From positions 256,001 to 320,000 of the forward strand of contig CAVSQW010000007.1 of assembly GCA_963730185.1 (NCBI GenBank): 64,000 bases of DNA. The letters run 5' to 3'. The DNA comes from an uncultured Gemmatimonadales bacterium (GTDB lineage: Bacteria > Gemmatimonadota > Gemmatimonadetes > Gemmatimonadales > GWC2-71-9). The position numbers and the translations under genes are program-made. Positions within the stretch are counted from its first letter, which is position 1. Every line of letters begins with the position of its first letter. The notes under the pieces were generated by a model. It was not told the DNA's origin, did no database searches, and saw nothing but the letters and a program-made list of their open reading frames with translations. Shown here piece after piece: positions 28,550-38,159 of the stretch.

Positions 28550-28711
28550 TCAGGGCGACTCCCGGGTCCAGAGCAGCGCCACGCCGCAGGCCGAGTTGGT
28601 GATCTGATAGCGGATCGGGGTCTCGGCCGGGCCGCGGTAGATCTCGATCCCCTCGAGCACGCGGTACTTCTCGTCGAGGAGCGAGCCGAGCAGGGCGCTG
28701 GGTTCGGTCAT
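28550..28711 (-). pseudogene. 53-codon chimeric remnant (Ser/Thr-kinase-like start fused to a plug-domain-like C-terminus)
   Basis: Manual translation: MTEPSALLGSLLDEKYRVL-EGIEIYRGPAETPIRYQITNSACGVALLWTRESP. Confidence 0.5.
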
Positions 28712-28996
28712 GAGAGATTAGACGCCAGGGGCCGGCGAAGTGTTGCGCGGCGTGGCACTTGCCGCCCGACCGTGAGGGGCGGCCCGGCAGCGCGGGAGAT
28801 AATCCTCCACGGGGTGGATAGGGCCGTGTGGCCCTGTCGTCATTTTCACCGCAATGCCCTATTGTGAAGGGTTATTCCTACAGTGGTGGTAGGGAACCAG
28901 ATCCAGGCGTGGCAGTGGACCGCTCGTCCCGCTGAAGAGGAGACCGGTCGAGGTCGGCTCACTGGCGACGATCCGGCCACGCCGTCGAGGTGAGGA

Positions 28997-30748
28997 ATGT
29001 CGCTTCGCGGCCGTCTGACGGTCTTCGTGTCCCTCACCCTCCTGGCCGCCGTCGCGGTTCAGGGCGCCTTTGCCTACCAGGCCGCCCGGCGGGTCACGAT
29101 CGTGGCCTCGCAGACCCGGCTTCAGAGCGTTGCCTCCCGCCTGGCCGACCTTTCGGCGCCGTCCACTCGCGGGCGCTTGGTGGAGCTGGGGCAGCTGGCG
29201 GCGGCCCCGGCGGTGCTCCGGGCGCTCGCGGATTCCGGGGCCCGATCGGCGGTCCGTCCTCTGCTGCGGCGGTTCGGACCCGACACGGGGCTGGTGGCGG
29301 CGGTCGAGCTCCTGGACCGAGAGGGGCGGCCCGTCGCCTTTCTCGAGCACACGGCGTCGCCTGAGCCGGGGCTGACCCGGGCGAGCGGCGACAGCGCCTA
29401 CGTGAGCCGGCTCTATCAGCGGGGCGACAGCGTGTTCATCGACATGGTCGCGCCGGTGACGCAAGACGGGACGGTGCGGGGCTATCTGGTCCAGGTGCGC
29501 CGGATCGTGGCGTCGGCGGCCTCCGTCCAGACGCTGACCAACCTCATCGGTCCCGAGGCCGGTCTCCTCCTCGGCAACCGGGACGGCTCCCTCTGGACGG
29601 ACCTGACCCGGATCGTCGAGCGGCCGGCGCCGACCCTTCAGGGGTCGACGTACACCCGCGACGGGCGGGGCCGGATCGCCAGGTCGGCGGCGATTGCCGG
29701 CACCCCGCTGGTCTTCGCCGTGGAGATGCCGCGGGATCTGGTGCTGTCGGCGGTGTCCCCTCTCTTCCGCACCGACCTGGCGATCGCCGCGCTGGTGGTG
29801 CTCCTCGGCACGCTGGCGTCCTGGTGGGTGGCGCGGACCGTGACCCAGCCCCTCAGCTGGCTGACCGACGCGACCGAGGTGGTGGCGTCGGGGCACGATC
29901 TTCCGGTTAGGCTTCCCATCGATCGCGGGGACGAGGTCGGCCGCCTGGCCCGTTCCTTCACGAGCATGGCCGGCGCGGTGCGCGAGAGCCGGGCGACGCT
30001 GGAGCATCGGGTGGCCGACCGGACGGCCGAGCTGGCCGCGGCGCTGGAGCAGCTCAGGGCGGCGCAGAGCGAGCTGGTCCAGAAGGAGCGGCTCGCGATC
30101 CTGGGAGAGCTGTCGAGCAGCGTCGGGCACGAGCTCCGCAATCCGCTCGGGGTGATGACCAACGCGGTCTACTACCTGACCGCCACCCAGCCCGACGCCA
30201 AGCCCAAGGTCAAGGAGTATCTGGGCATCATCCGGGGCCAGATCCAGACGGCCGAGAAGATCGTGGCCGACCTGCTCGACTTCGCCCGGGTCAAGCCGCC
30301 CCAGCGGGCGCCGACCGCGGTTCCGGCGTTCGTGGAGGAACAGCTGTCCCGGGTGACCATGCCTCCCACGGTGAGCGTGGTGCGCGAGCTGGCGCCCGAC
30401 CTGCCTTGGCTCGACGTCGATCCGATCCAGGTGGGGCAGGTGGTCCTCAATCTGATGACCAACGCGGTGCAGGCGATGGAGGAGACCGGCGGAACTCTGA
30501 CCATCCGGGCCGCGGCCGAAGGTCCCACCGTGCGGCTGGAGTTCGAGGACACCGGGCCCGGGGTGGCCGACGAGCATCTCGGGCGGATCTTCGAGCCCCT
30601 TTTCACCACCAAGGCCCGGGGGATCGGGCTCGGGCTTTCCGTCTCCCGGAGCCTGGCCCACGCCAACGACGGCGACCTGACCGTCCGGAACGCCCCCGAC
30701 CGGGGCGCGATCTTCTCGCTCGTCCTCCCGGCCGTGGAGACCGCATGA
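28997..30748 (+). CDS. Membrane sensor histidine kinase (periplasmic domain, HAMP, HisKA, HATPase)
   Basis: Two TM helices; DEVGRLA, VGHELRNPL and FEPLFTTKARGIGLGL motifs. Confidence 0.93.
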   Translation: MSLRGRLTVFVSLTLLAAVAVQGAFAYQAARRVTIVASQTRLQSVASRLADLSAPSTRGRLVELGQLAAAPAVLRALADSGARSAVRPLLRRFGPDTGLVAAVELLDREGRPVAFLEHTASPEPGLTRASGDSAYVSRLYQRGDSVFIDMVAPVTQDGTVRGYLVQVRRIVASAASVQTLTNLIGPEAGLLLGNRDGSLWTDLTRIVERPAPTLQGSTYTRDGRGRIARSAAIAGTPLVFAVEMPRDLVLSAVSPLFRTDLAIAALVVLLGTLASWWVARTVTQPLSWLTDATEVVASGHDLPVRLPIDRGDEVGRLARSFTSMAGAVRESRATLEHRVADRTAELAAALEQLRAAQSELVQKERLAILGELSSSVGHELRNPLGVMTNAVYYLTATQPDAKPKVKEYLGIIRGQIQTAEKIVADLLDFARVKPPQRAPTAVPAFVEEQLSRVTMPPTVSVVRELAPDLPWLDVDPIQVGQVVLNLMTNAVQAMEETGGTLTIRAAAEGPTVRLEFEDTGPGVADEHLGRIFEPLFTTKARGIGLGLSVSRSLAHANDGDLTVRNAPDRGAIFSLVLPAVETA

Positions 30749-31473
30749 CCAAACGGATCCTGATCGTCGATGACGATCGCGGCATGGTTACCACCCTGAG
30801 CGATATTCTGGAGCTCCGGGGCTGGGAGACCATCAACGCCTTCGACGGTGAGGCCGCCATCGCGCTGGCCGAGACCCACGACGTGGACGTGGTGCTGATG
30901 GACGTTCGGATGCCCAAGGTCGACGGGGTCGAGGCCCTGCGGGCCATCAAGGCCCGCCGGCCCGACACCCGGGTGGTGCTGATGACGGCGTTCGCCGCTC
31001 AGGAGCTCCTGGCCGAGGCCGAGCGGGCCGGGGCGGTGAGCATCATGAGGAAGCCGGTGGAGCTGCCCGAGCTGTTCGGCCTGCTGGAGGAGGCCACCCG
31101 ACGGCACCGGCGCTCGGTCCTGGTGGTCGACGACGACCCGGCCTTTCTCGAGACCCTCTGTGACGTACTGAGGGATCGGGGGCTCGACACCGTCGAGGCC
31201 CACACCCTGGGCGAGGCCCTCGACCGAATGGAAAAGGACGTTCCGTCGGCGGTGCTGCTGGACCTCCGGCTCGATCACCTCGACCCAACCACCAACCTGT
31301 TGGCGATCCGGGAGCTCAGTCCGTCGATCCTGCTGATCCTCTACAGTGGGCATCCCACCTCGCTGAGCGAGACCGTCGACCGGGCCCCGCCCGGGATCGT
31401 GGACGCCGCGTTCACGAAGCCGCTTCCTCTGGATCAACTGCTGGAGCTAATCGATGGCGATCACGGTCGCTGA
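30745..31473 (+). CDS. Tandem double-receiver response regulator with no output domain
   Basis: ILIVDDD...MDVRMP...RKP and VLVVDDD...LDLRL...TKP. Confidence 0.9.
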   Translation: MTKRILIVDDDRGMVTTLSDILELRGWETINAFDGEAAIALAETHDVDVVLMDVRMPKVDGVEALRAIKARRPDTRVVLMTAFAAQELLAEAERAGAVSIMRKPVELPELFGLLEEATRRHRRSVLVVDDDPAFLETLCDVLRDRGLDTVEAHTLGEALDRMEKDVPSAVLLDLRLDHLDPTTNLLAIRELSPSILLILYSGHPTSLSETVDRAPPGIVDAAFTKPLPLDQLLELIDGDHGR

Positions 31474-33364
31474 GAACCTCCCCGTCCTGGTCGTCGACGA
31501 CGACGCGGCGCTCACCCAGACGCTGGCGGACATTCTCCCCCTCCACGGGTTCGAGCCGCACACCGCGCCCAGCGGGAGGACGGCGTTGAACATCGCCCAG
31601 CGGATGGTGCCGATCCCGGCCCTGGCCCTGGTCGACCTCCGTTTGCCGGACATGGACGGTCTCGATCTCGCCTCCGAGCTGCACGCGCAGTCGAGCTCCC
31701 TCCAGGTGGTCATCCTCACCGGTAACGCTACCCTCGAGACCGCGATCCGGGCGCTCCGCGATCAGAACACGGACTACCTGCTCAAGCCGGTGGATCCCGA
31801 TCTGCTGATCCGCACCCTCCGGACGGCGGAGGGGCGGTGGCGCCTTCGCCAGGCCGAAGACGAGCTCCGGCGGACCCAGGACCTGCTGAGCGCCGTGTTC
31901 GAGGCCTCGCCGCTGCCGATCGTGGTGCTGACTCCCGATCTCATGGTTCGGTTCTGGAACCGTTCGGCCGAGCGCACCTTCGGGCTGCCCTCGCACGAGG
32001 TCGTCGGGACCTCGGCGGTCCGGCGCGGCCTGCTTCCCGAGGGCGAGGGCGCCCGCCTGGTGGACGCGGTGCTCAGGGGCGAGTCGTTCACCGGGGTCGA
32101 CTGCCGGCACCGCCGGCCCGACGGCACCGCACTCGATCTCCGGCTCGGGATGGCGCCCCTGATCGGCCCGGGGGGCCGCGGAGCCGGCCTGGTGGCGGTG
32201 TACGAGGACATCACCCAGCGCCGGCGCCTCGAGGAACGGCTTCAGGACGTCCAGCGGCTCGACGCGATGGGGCGGGTCGCCGGCGGCGTGGCGCACGATT
32301 TCAACAATCTCCTCTCGGTCATTCTGGTCGAGGTCGAGGCCGGGATGCAGGATCCCGGGCTGGTCGGGCCGTTCGACGAGATCCTGACCAGCATCAAGAA
32401 CACCGCCGAACGCGGGGCAACCCTGACCCGGCAGCTCCTTTCCTTCGCCCGCCGGCAGCCCACCGAACCGACGGTCGAAGATCCCAATCGGATCGTCGAG
32501 GAGGGCGAGCGGGTCCTGGCCCGGTTGGCCGGACCCGAGGTGGGGATCGCGATGGCGCTGGCCCGCGATCTCTGGCCGACCCGGATCGACCGGGGGCAGC
32601 TGGAGCAGGTGCTCAGCAACCTGGTGGTCAATGCCCGCGACGCGATGCCCGCGGGCGGGCACATCACGATCACCACCGGCAACGTCGCGGTGGCCGAAGC
32701 AGGCACGGTGGGTGACCTGGACCGGGGCGAATGGGTTCGTCTGTCGGTGGCCGACACCGGCACCGGGATTCCCGACGATGTCAGGGCCCGGGTCTTCGAA
32801 CCGTTCTTCACCACCAAGGCCCGGGGATCGGGGACCGGGTTGGGCCTGGCGACCTGTTACGGCATCGTGGAGCGGTTCGGCGGGTCGCTCACGCTGGAGA
32901 GCACGCTGGGGGAGGGGACCACCTTTCACGTCTTCCTGCCCCGGGCGGTCGAGCCCACCACCCCGCGCCCGGCCGTGCCGGACCCGGGCCCGGCGGGCGG
33001 GAGCGAAGCGATCCTGGTGGTGGACGACCAGACCGCGCTCCGGTCGATCGCCCGTGCCTTTCTGACCCAGCGGGGCTATGCGGTCCAGGTGGCCCGCGAT
33101 GGCGCGGAGGCCCTGGCCATGGCGGAGGCCATGAGTCCTCCGCCGGACCTCCTGTTCGCGGATCTCAACCTGCCGGACATGGACGCCCGGATCTTGGTCC
33201 GGCGGCTCCACCAGCGGCAGCCCGGCCTCCGGGTCCTGCTCACCTCCGGATCGATCGACCTCGGCGAGAGCGAGACCGGCCTCCCCTTTCTGCCCAAGCC
33301 CTACCGGCTGGACGACCTGGCCCGGCAGGTCCGGCTCCTCCTGGACCAGCCGGCCAAGCCGTAG
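31454..33364 (+). CDS. Hybrid histidine kinase REC-PAS-HisKA-HATPase-REC
   Basis: [19 protein letters not shown] and GTGLGLAT; receivers at both ends. Confidence 0.93.
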   Translation: MAITVAENLPVLVVDDDAALTQTLADILPLHGFEPHTAPSGRTALNIAQRMVPIPALALVDLRLPDMDGLDLASELHAQSSSLQVVILTGNATLETAIRALRDQNTDYLLKPVDPDLLIRTLRTAEGRWRLRQAEDELRRTQDLLSAVFEASPLPIVVLTPDLMVRFWNRSAERTFGLPSHEVVGTSAVRRGLLPEGEGARLVDAVLRGESFTGVDCRHRRPDGTALDLRLGMAPLIGPGGRGAGLVAVYEDITQRRRLEERLQDVQRLDAMGRVAGGVAHDFNNLLSVILVEVEAGMQDPGLVGPFDEILTSIKNTAERGATLTRQLLSFARRQPTEPTVEDPNRIVEEGERVLARLAGPEVGIAMALARDLWPTRIDRGQLEQVLSNLVVNARDAMPAGGHITITTGNVAVAEAGTVGDLDRGEWVRLSVADTGTGIPDDVRARVFEPFFTTKARGSGTGLGLATCYGIVERFGGSLTLESTLGEGTTFHVFLPRAVEPTTPRPAVPDPGPAGGSEAILVVDDQTALRSIARAFLTQRGYAVQVARDGAEALAMAEAMSPPPDLLFADLNLPDMDARILVRRLHQRQPGLRVLLTSGSIDLGESETGLPFLPKPYRLDDLARQVRLLLDQPAKP

Positions 33365-33429
33365 CGCGAGCGGCTGGCGATCGGCATCTTGTCGGGGTGA
33401 GGGGTACAGCCTTCGACGGAGGTTCGTCC

Positions 33430-34031
<602 letters not shown>

Positions 34032-34052
34032 TCAAGTACTACAACGACTTAG

Positions 34053-34082
34053 GGCCCCTTGGCGATGCGCCGGGGGCCTTTC
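34053..34082 (+). terminator. Putative intrinsic terminator after tRNA-Lys
   Basis: GGCCCCTTGGCG-ATG-CGCCGGGGGCC hairpin followed by TTT. Confidence 0.55.
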
Positions 34083-34116
34083 GTCGACGCCGGCCAGACT
34101 GAGCCTCGGGCATCGG

Positions 34117-34374
34117 CAACCGCCTTACCGCAGAGGTCGCGGAGAGCGCGGAGGGGTCGATCGCTCGGCGGGGGTAGGGGTCGGACTGGGGTTGGAAACA
34201 ACTGGTTGACCACAGAGGGCACAGCGGGCACAGAGGACGGCCAACGAAAAGAAGGACACAGCTAGAACGACAACAACAACAACAACAACAACAACTACTA
34301 CTACTACTACTACGCGTATACCGACCGAGTATCGGACCTCTGCGCCCTCCGCGTCCTCTGCGGTAAGGCGGTTG
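34117..34374. repeat. Nonamer-unit inverted repeat enclosing a (CAA)8(CTA)6 microsatellite
   Basis: 34117-34154 pairs with 34337-34374 (38 bp, 3 mismatches); microsatellite at 34271-34312. Confidence 0.9.
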
Positions 34375-34550
34375 GGGAGCCTTGCGGCGAGCCGCCGCTC
34401 AGCCCTGACCCTGGGCCGCCCGCCGCGGCCCGGTCTGCCGTGCGCCGAGGTCGTCCTCACCGTGCGGGTCGCTGAATAGCCGGACGTCGAGCGGGGCCCC
34501 GCGCTTGGACCAACCGCCCGTGGCGGGGCCCCTAGGGTTGCGGGCCCCGG

Positions 34551-36682
34551 CTAGGGCATCAGCTGCTTGTCCAGATAGTCCGATTGGGCGTGGAAATACC
34601 TGAGCCACGAGCGGTGCAACAGCAAGTCGTGCACCTCATCCGGAATGACGATCAGCTCCGACGAGATCTTGTGCGAGCGGAGCTCCCGCATCAGCATCAC
34701 CGTCTGATCGAACGGCACATTGTGATCGTCGTCGGCCTGGATGACCAGCACCGGCGAGTGCCACTGGTCGATCGACGACAACGGCGACGACGCCCACGCG
34801 ATGCTGTCGGTCGCGGTTTGCACTCCTGCGCCGGCGTAGACCTTGAGCACCGCGCTCCACGAATGCACGCCGGCGTAGTCCACCCCGGTGGCGAAGGTGT
34901 TGGACGCCCGCGCCAGCGCCAGCGCCGTGAGGTACCCGCCGTAGCTCCCGCCCCAGACCCCCAGCCGCTTGGAGTCCACGTCGGGACGCCCGTTGAGATA
35001 GTTGGCGCCGCCCATCACGTCGTTGAACTCGCTCGCGCCGCCGGGGCCGAAGTTCGGCGGCGCCCGGAAGTCGAGGCCGTACCCGGTCCCGCCCCGATAG
35101 TTGACCGAGAGCACCACGTAGCCTCGGCTCGCGAAGTACTGATTCTCGGCGTACATGTAGGTGTAGGCGCCCATCGGGTTGGGGCCGAGGAGCATCTGGC
35201 GGTAGGGGCCGCCATGGAAGAAGAGCAACGCGGGATGCTTGGTGTTCTTCGACTCGCCTGGCGGCAGGAAGAGCTGGCCGTGGATCATCCGCCCGTCGGG
35301 AGACTGAAAGACCACCTGCTCCGGGGTGATGAACTGGGACCCGGGGTAGCGCGCGGGCAACGACTGCGGCGCCAGGTCTCGGGCGGCGCCGTATGGCGCC
35401 CCGGTCCGGGCCACCGTCACCGGGCGCATCGGCCGCTGGGCATCGGCGTGAATGAACGCGATCGACCGGCCGTCGCTGGCGTAGACCGGCAGGTCCGCGA
35501 TCGTCGGGCCGGTGGTGACGGCCTTCGGCGCGCCGCCGGCGACCGGCACCTCCCAGATGTGGCGGTGGTCGAGGTCGTCCTGGTTGGAGGAGTACACCAC
35601 GCTCCGGCGGTCCGGGCTCAGGTCGGCGCTGAAGACCTCGAAGTCGCCCGGCGTGAGCAGGGTGGGCGCCCCGCCGGCGGCCGGGATGCTGTAGAGATGG
35701 ACCCAACCGGTCCCCTCCCACGGAAAGACGATCCGGTCGTCGGCGCCCCAGAAGAAGGCCTGGTTGCCCTCGAGGCGGTAATAGAGGCTGCCGGCGCCCG
35801 GGTTCGCCTGCCAGAGCTGCCGGCCCTTGCCGGTGCGCGGCGTCGGCGATCCAGATCGACCACGGCTCGGCGGTCCGGGTCGAGGTGAACGGGCCCGGCG
35901 CCCCCGTGGGAATCGCGGATGAAGGCGACGTGGGCCCCGTCCGGCGACCAGATCGGACTCCCGTCCCGGTCGACGCTGGGCTCGAGCCAGGTCAGCGACT
36001 TCCGCCCGAGGTCGTAGACGCCGACCAGATTGTGGGTGCCGCGGAAGCTGGCGAACGCGATCCGCGAGCCGTCCGGCGACCACGCCAGTGATCCCACCCG
36101 TCCCAGATCGCGAACCACCGTCTGCGGCTTGCCGCTGCCGTCGACGGACGCGAGGAGCATCGACCGTCCCGCGGCATAAGCCAGCCGCTTCCCGTCGGGG
36201 GCCACCGCCGCCCCGCTGCCGTTGCCGATCAGCGTCGGTGCGGTGTCGGACAGGGCCATGGTCCAGAGCTGCTCGGGCTCCGTGCCGAGGGGCAGGCTCT
36301 CGGGGTTGGGCTCGCCGCCGCGCTCGAAGAAGACGCGCCCTCCGTCGGCGCTCCAGGTCGGGGTCCCGATCTCGATCCCGATGTCGCCCTGGAACCGCGT
36401 CAGCTGCCGGGAGGTGAAAGCCCCGCCGGCGCCCGGCTCGCCGATCCAGATGTTCCGGCTCCCCTCGGCGTCGAAGATCCAGGCGACCCTGCCGCCGGCG
36501 GGCGCGGCGGTGAGCCCACCCGGGAAGGGCGCGCTGAGCGCGTCGTCGATGGTGAATCCCCGGCTCTGGGCGATGGCCGGGCTGGGGATGGCGGCAGCAG
36601 TGAGCAGCGCGAGCAGTTCGGTCGCGCCGATTCCGCGCCTGGTCGACCGGCTGAAACGACGACGAGCGATGGCTGAGGGCAT
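34551..36682 (-). CDS. S9 (prolyl oligopeptidase/DPP IV-like) peptidase with PD40 propeller; two single-base insertions at about 35837 and 35905
   Basis: WSPDG repeats; HGGP, NYRGGTGYG, GGSYGG nucleophile, DDDHNV and DEVH. Confidence 0.88.
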
Positions 36683-36755
36683 GGCGGTATGGGGGTGGGC
36701 GGTGTGTAGGGTGGCCGGATACTAAGCCATCGTGGAGCGGGCAGACAAGAGCGGT

Positions 36756-36850
36756 TGGAGTTGCCCCGCCGTCGTGGACACCTCACTCTTTGGGCAGGAG
36801 GCGTCCCGATGCCGCAGAAACCGAGCGGGAAACCGCGGGTCCAGCACCGG
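36756..36850 (+). mobile_element. Possible IS3-family left-end remnant
   Basis: TGGAGTTGCCCCGCCGTCGTGGACACC resembles IS3-type terminal repeats and is followed by AGGAGG and ATG; no transposase remains. Confidence 0.35.
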
Positions 36851-36967
36851 AGTGTCGCCACCAGCCGATCGAGCTGGCGCGGGCGGGGGCGGCCCTGGTA
36901 CTGAGACGATCTTCACCCCCATCACCAGTGTGGCAGGTAAGGCATCTGCCGGAAGGGAATACCGAGG

Positions 36968-37585
36968 ATGAGAAGGCTCAGGGTCATGGAGCATATTTCG
37001 CTGGACGGGGTAATCCAGCCGGGCGGGCCGAACGAAGACAGCGAGTACGCCCATGGTGGCTGGGCGGTGCCGTATCGAACGGCGGAGGGGGTGGCGACCT
37101 TCGCCGAGACACTGGGCAAAGGCTTCGATCTGTTGCTGGGACGGCGCACCTACGATCTCTGGGCCGGCTTCTGGCCCAACGTCAAGGGCGGTCCGTTCGC
37201 GGCCGACCTGAACGCCGCGACGAAATTTGTCGCGACCCACCGGCCGGGCGATCTCGGCTGGGGTCCGGTCGGGGATCTTGGCGCCGACGTCATGGCGGGT
37301 ATCCGCCGCGTCAAGTCACAGGACGGCCCCGACTTGCTCGTCTGCGGAAGTGCGTCGCTGACCTCGGTGTTGTTCGAGCAGGGCTTGGTCGATGAGGTTG
37401 TGCTGGCGGTCTATCCGCTCCTGCTGGGCCGTGGCAAACGCTGCTTTCCGGACAACGCCGACATCCGAAAATTCGCTCTCGCCAGTTCGAAGGCGACACC
37501 CACAGGCGTGCTCCTCAACATCTATCGGCACCTCCCGATCGGGCTCACCCTCAAGGCGCACGCTGGACCGGTGGGAGCCGAATGA
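36968..37585 (+). CDS. Dihydrofolate reductase-like (RibD C-terminal domain) protein
   Basis: ISLDGVIQ, LLLGRRTY, GSASL and LVDEVVLAVYPLLLGRGKR motifs. Confidence 0.9.
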   Translation: MRRLRVMEHISLDGVIQPGGPNEDSEYAHGGWAVPYRTAEGVATFAETLGKGFDLLLGRRTYDLWAGFWPNVKGGPFAADLNAATKFVATHRPGDLGWGPVGDLGADVMAGIRRVKSQDGPDLLVCGSASLTSVLFEQGLVDEVVLAVYPLLLGRGKRCFPDNADIRKFALASSKATPTGVLLNIYRHLPIGLTLKAHAGPVGAE

Positions 37586-37694
37586 ACCCACTGCCGGCCA
37601 GCCGGCGCTTCATTCCGGCCGTCCCGCCTGACCTTGGCGACCCTCGAGCGGGTCAGCTGGTTCAACCCGCAGCCGTTGCCGGAGCCACCGGGGT

Positions 37695-37825
37695 ACCTTC
37701 CCCCAGTCTTCCATGGCGCGCCACTCGCCATACCCGTCGCCAGTGTCCCGTCATAGCCGTTTCGTTGAATCCGCAGCTTCGTGGTGACGAACAGCTCCTC
37801 CCGGGCGACGCCGCTACGCCGGATC
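37695..37825 (-). pseudogene. Aldo/keto reductase fragment with internal deletion
   Basis: Minus strand reads IRRSGVAREELFVTTKLRIQRNGYDGTL, then YGEWRAMED in another frame. Confidence 0.65.
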
Positions 37826-38159
37826 CCGCGACCGACGGTGGCACCGCCGGTCTCCGAGTCGGCCTAACCGGTATGGACCGACGCGCGCGGGTGCCCAGCA
37901 GCCGATCCCGAACGATCATCGGCTCGCGCTTCCGACGCCGCTACTGCTGCAATGGATCGCCCCGTCCCGGCCCGTCGGAACCACCGGTCGGCGGGGCGAG
38001 TCGCCCCGGCCCGAGACCGTGACCCGGCGCACCTCGCACCCCGAGAACACCGGTCCGACAGGCCTCCTCACCCCTGCCGGGAAGAGTCGACCGGATGTCC
38101 CCTTCCCATCGCTGGACTGAGCGGTATCATCAGGCGTCCCTCTGACCACTCAGGAACCC

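Noticed and set aside
34125..34460. Poly-Val ORF on the minus strand
   Set aside because: Simply the translation of the (CAA)n(CTA)n microsatellite; no RBS or domain.
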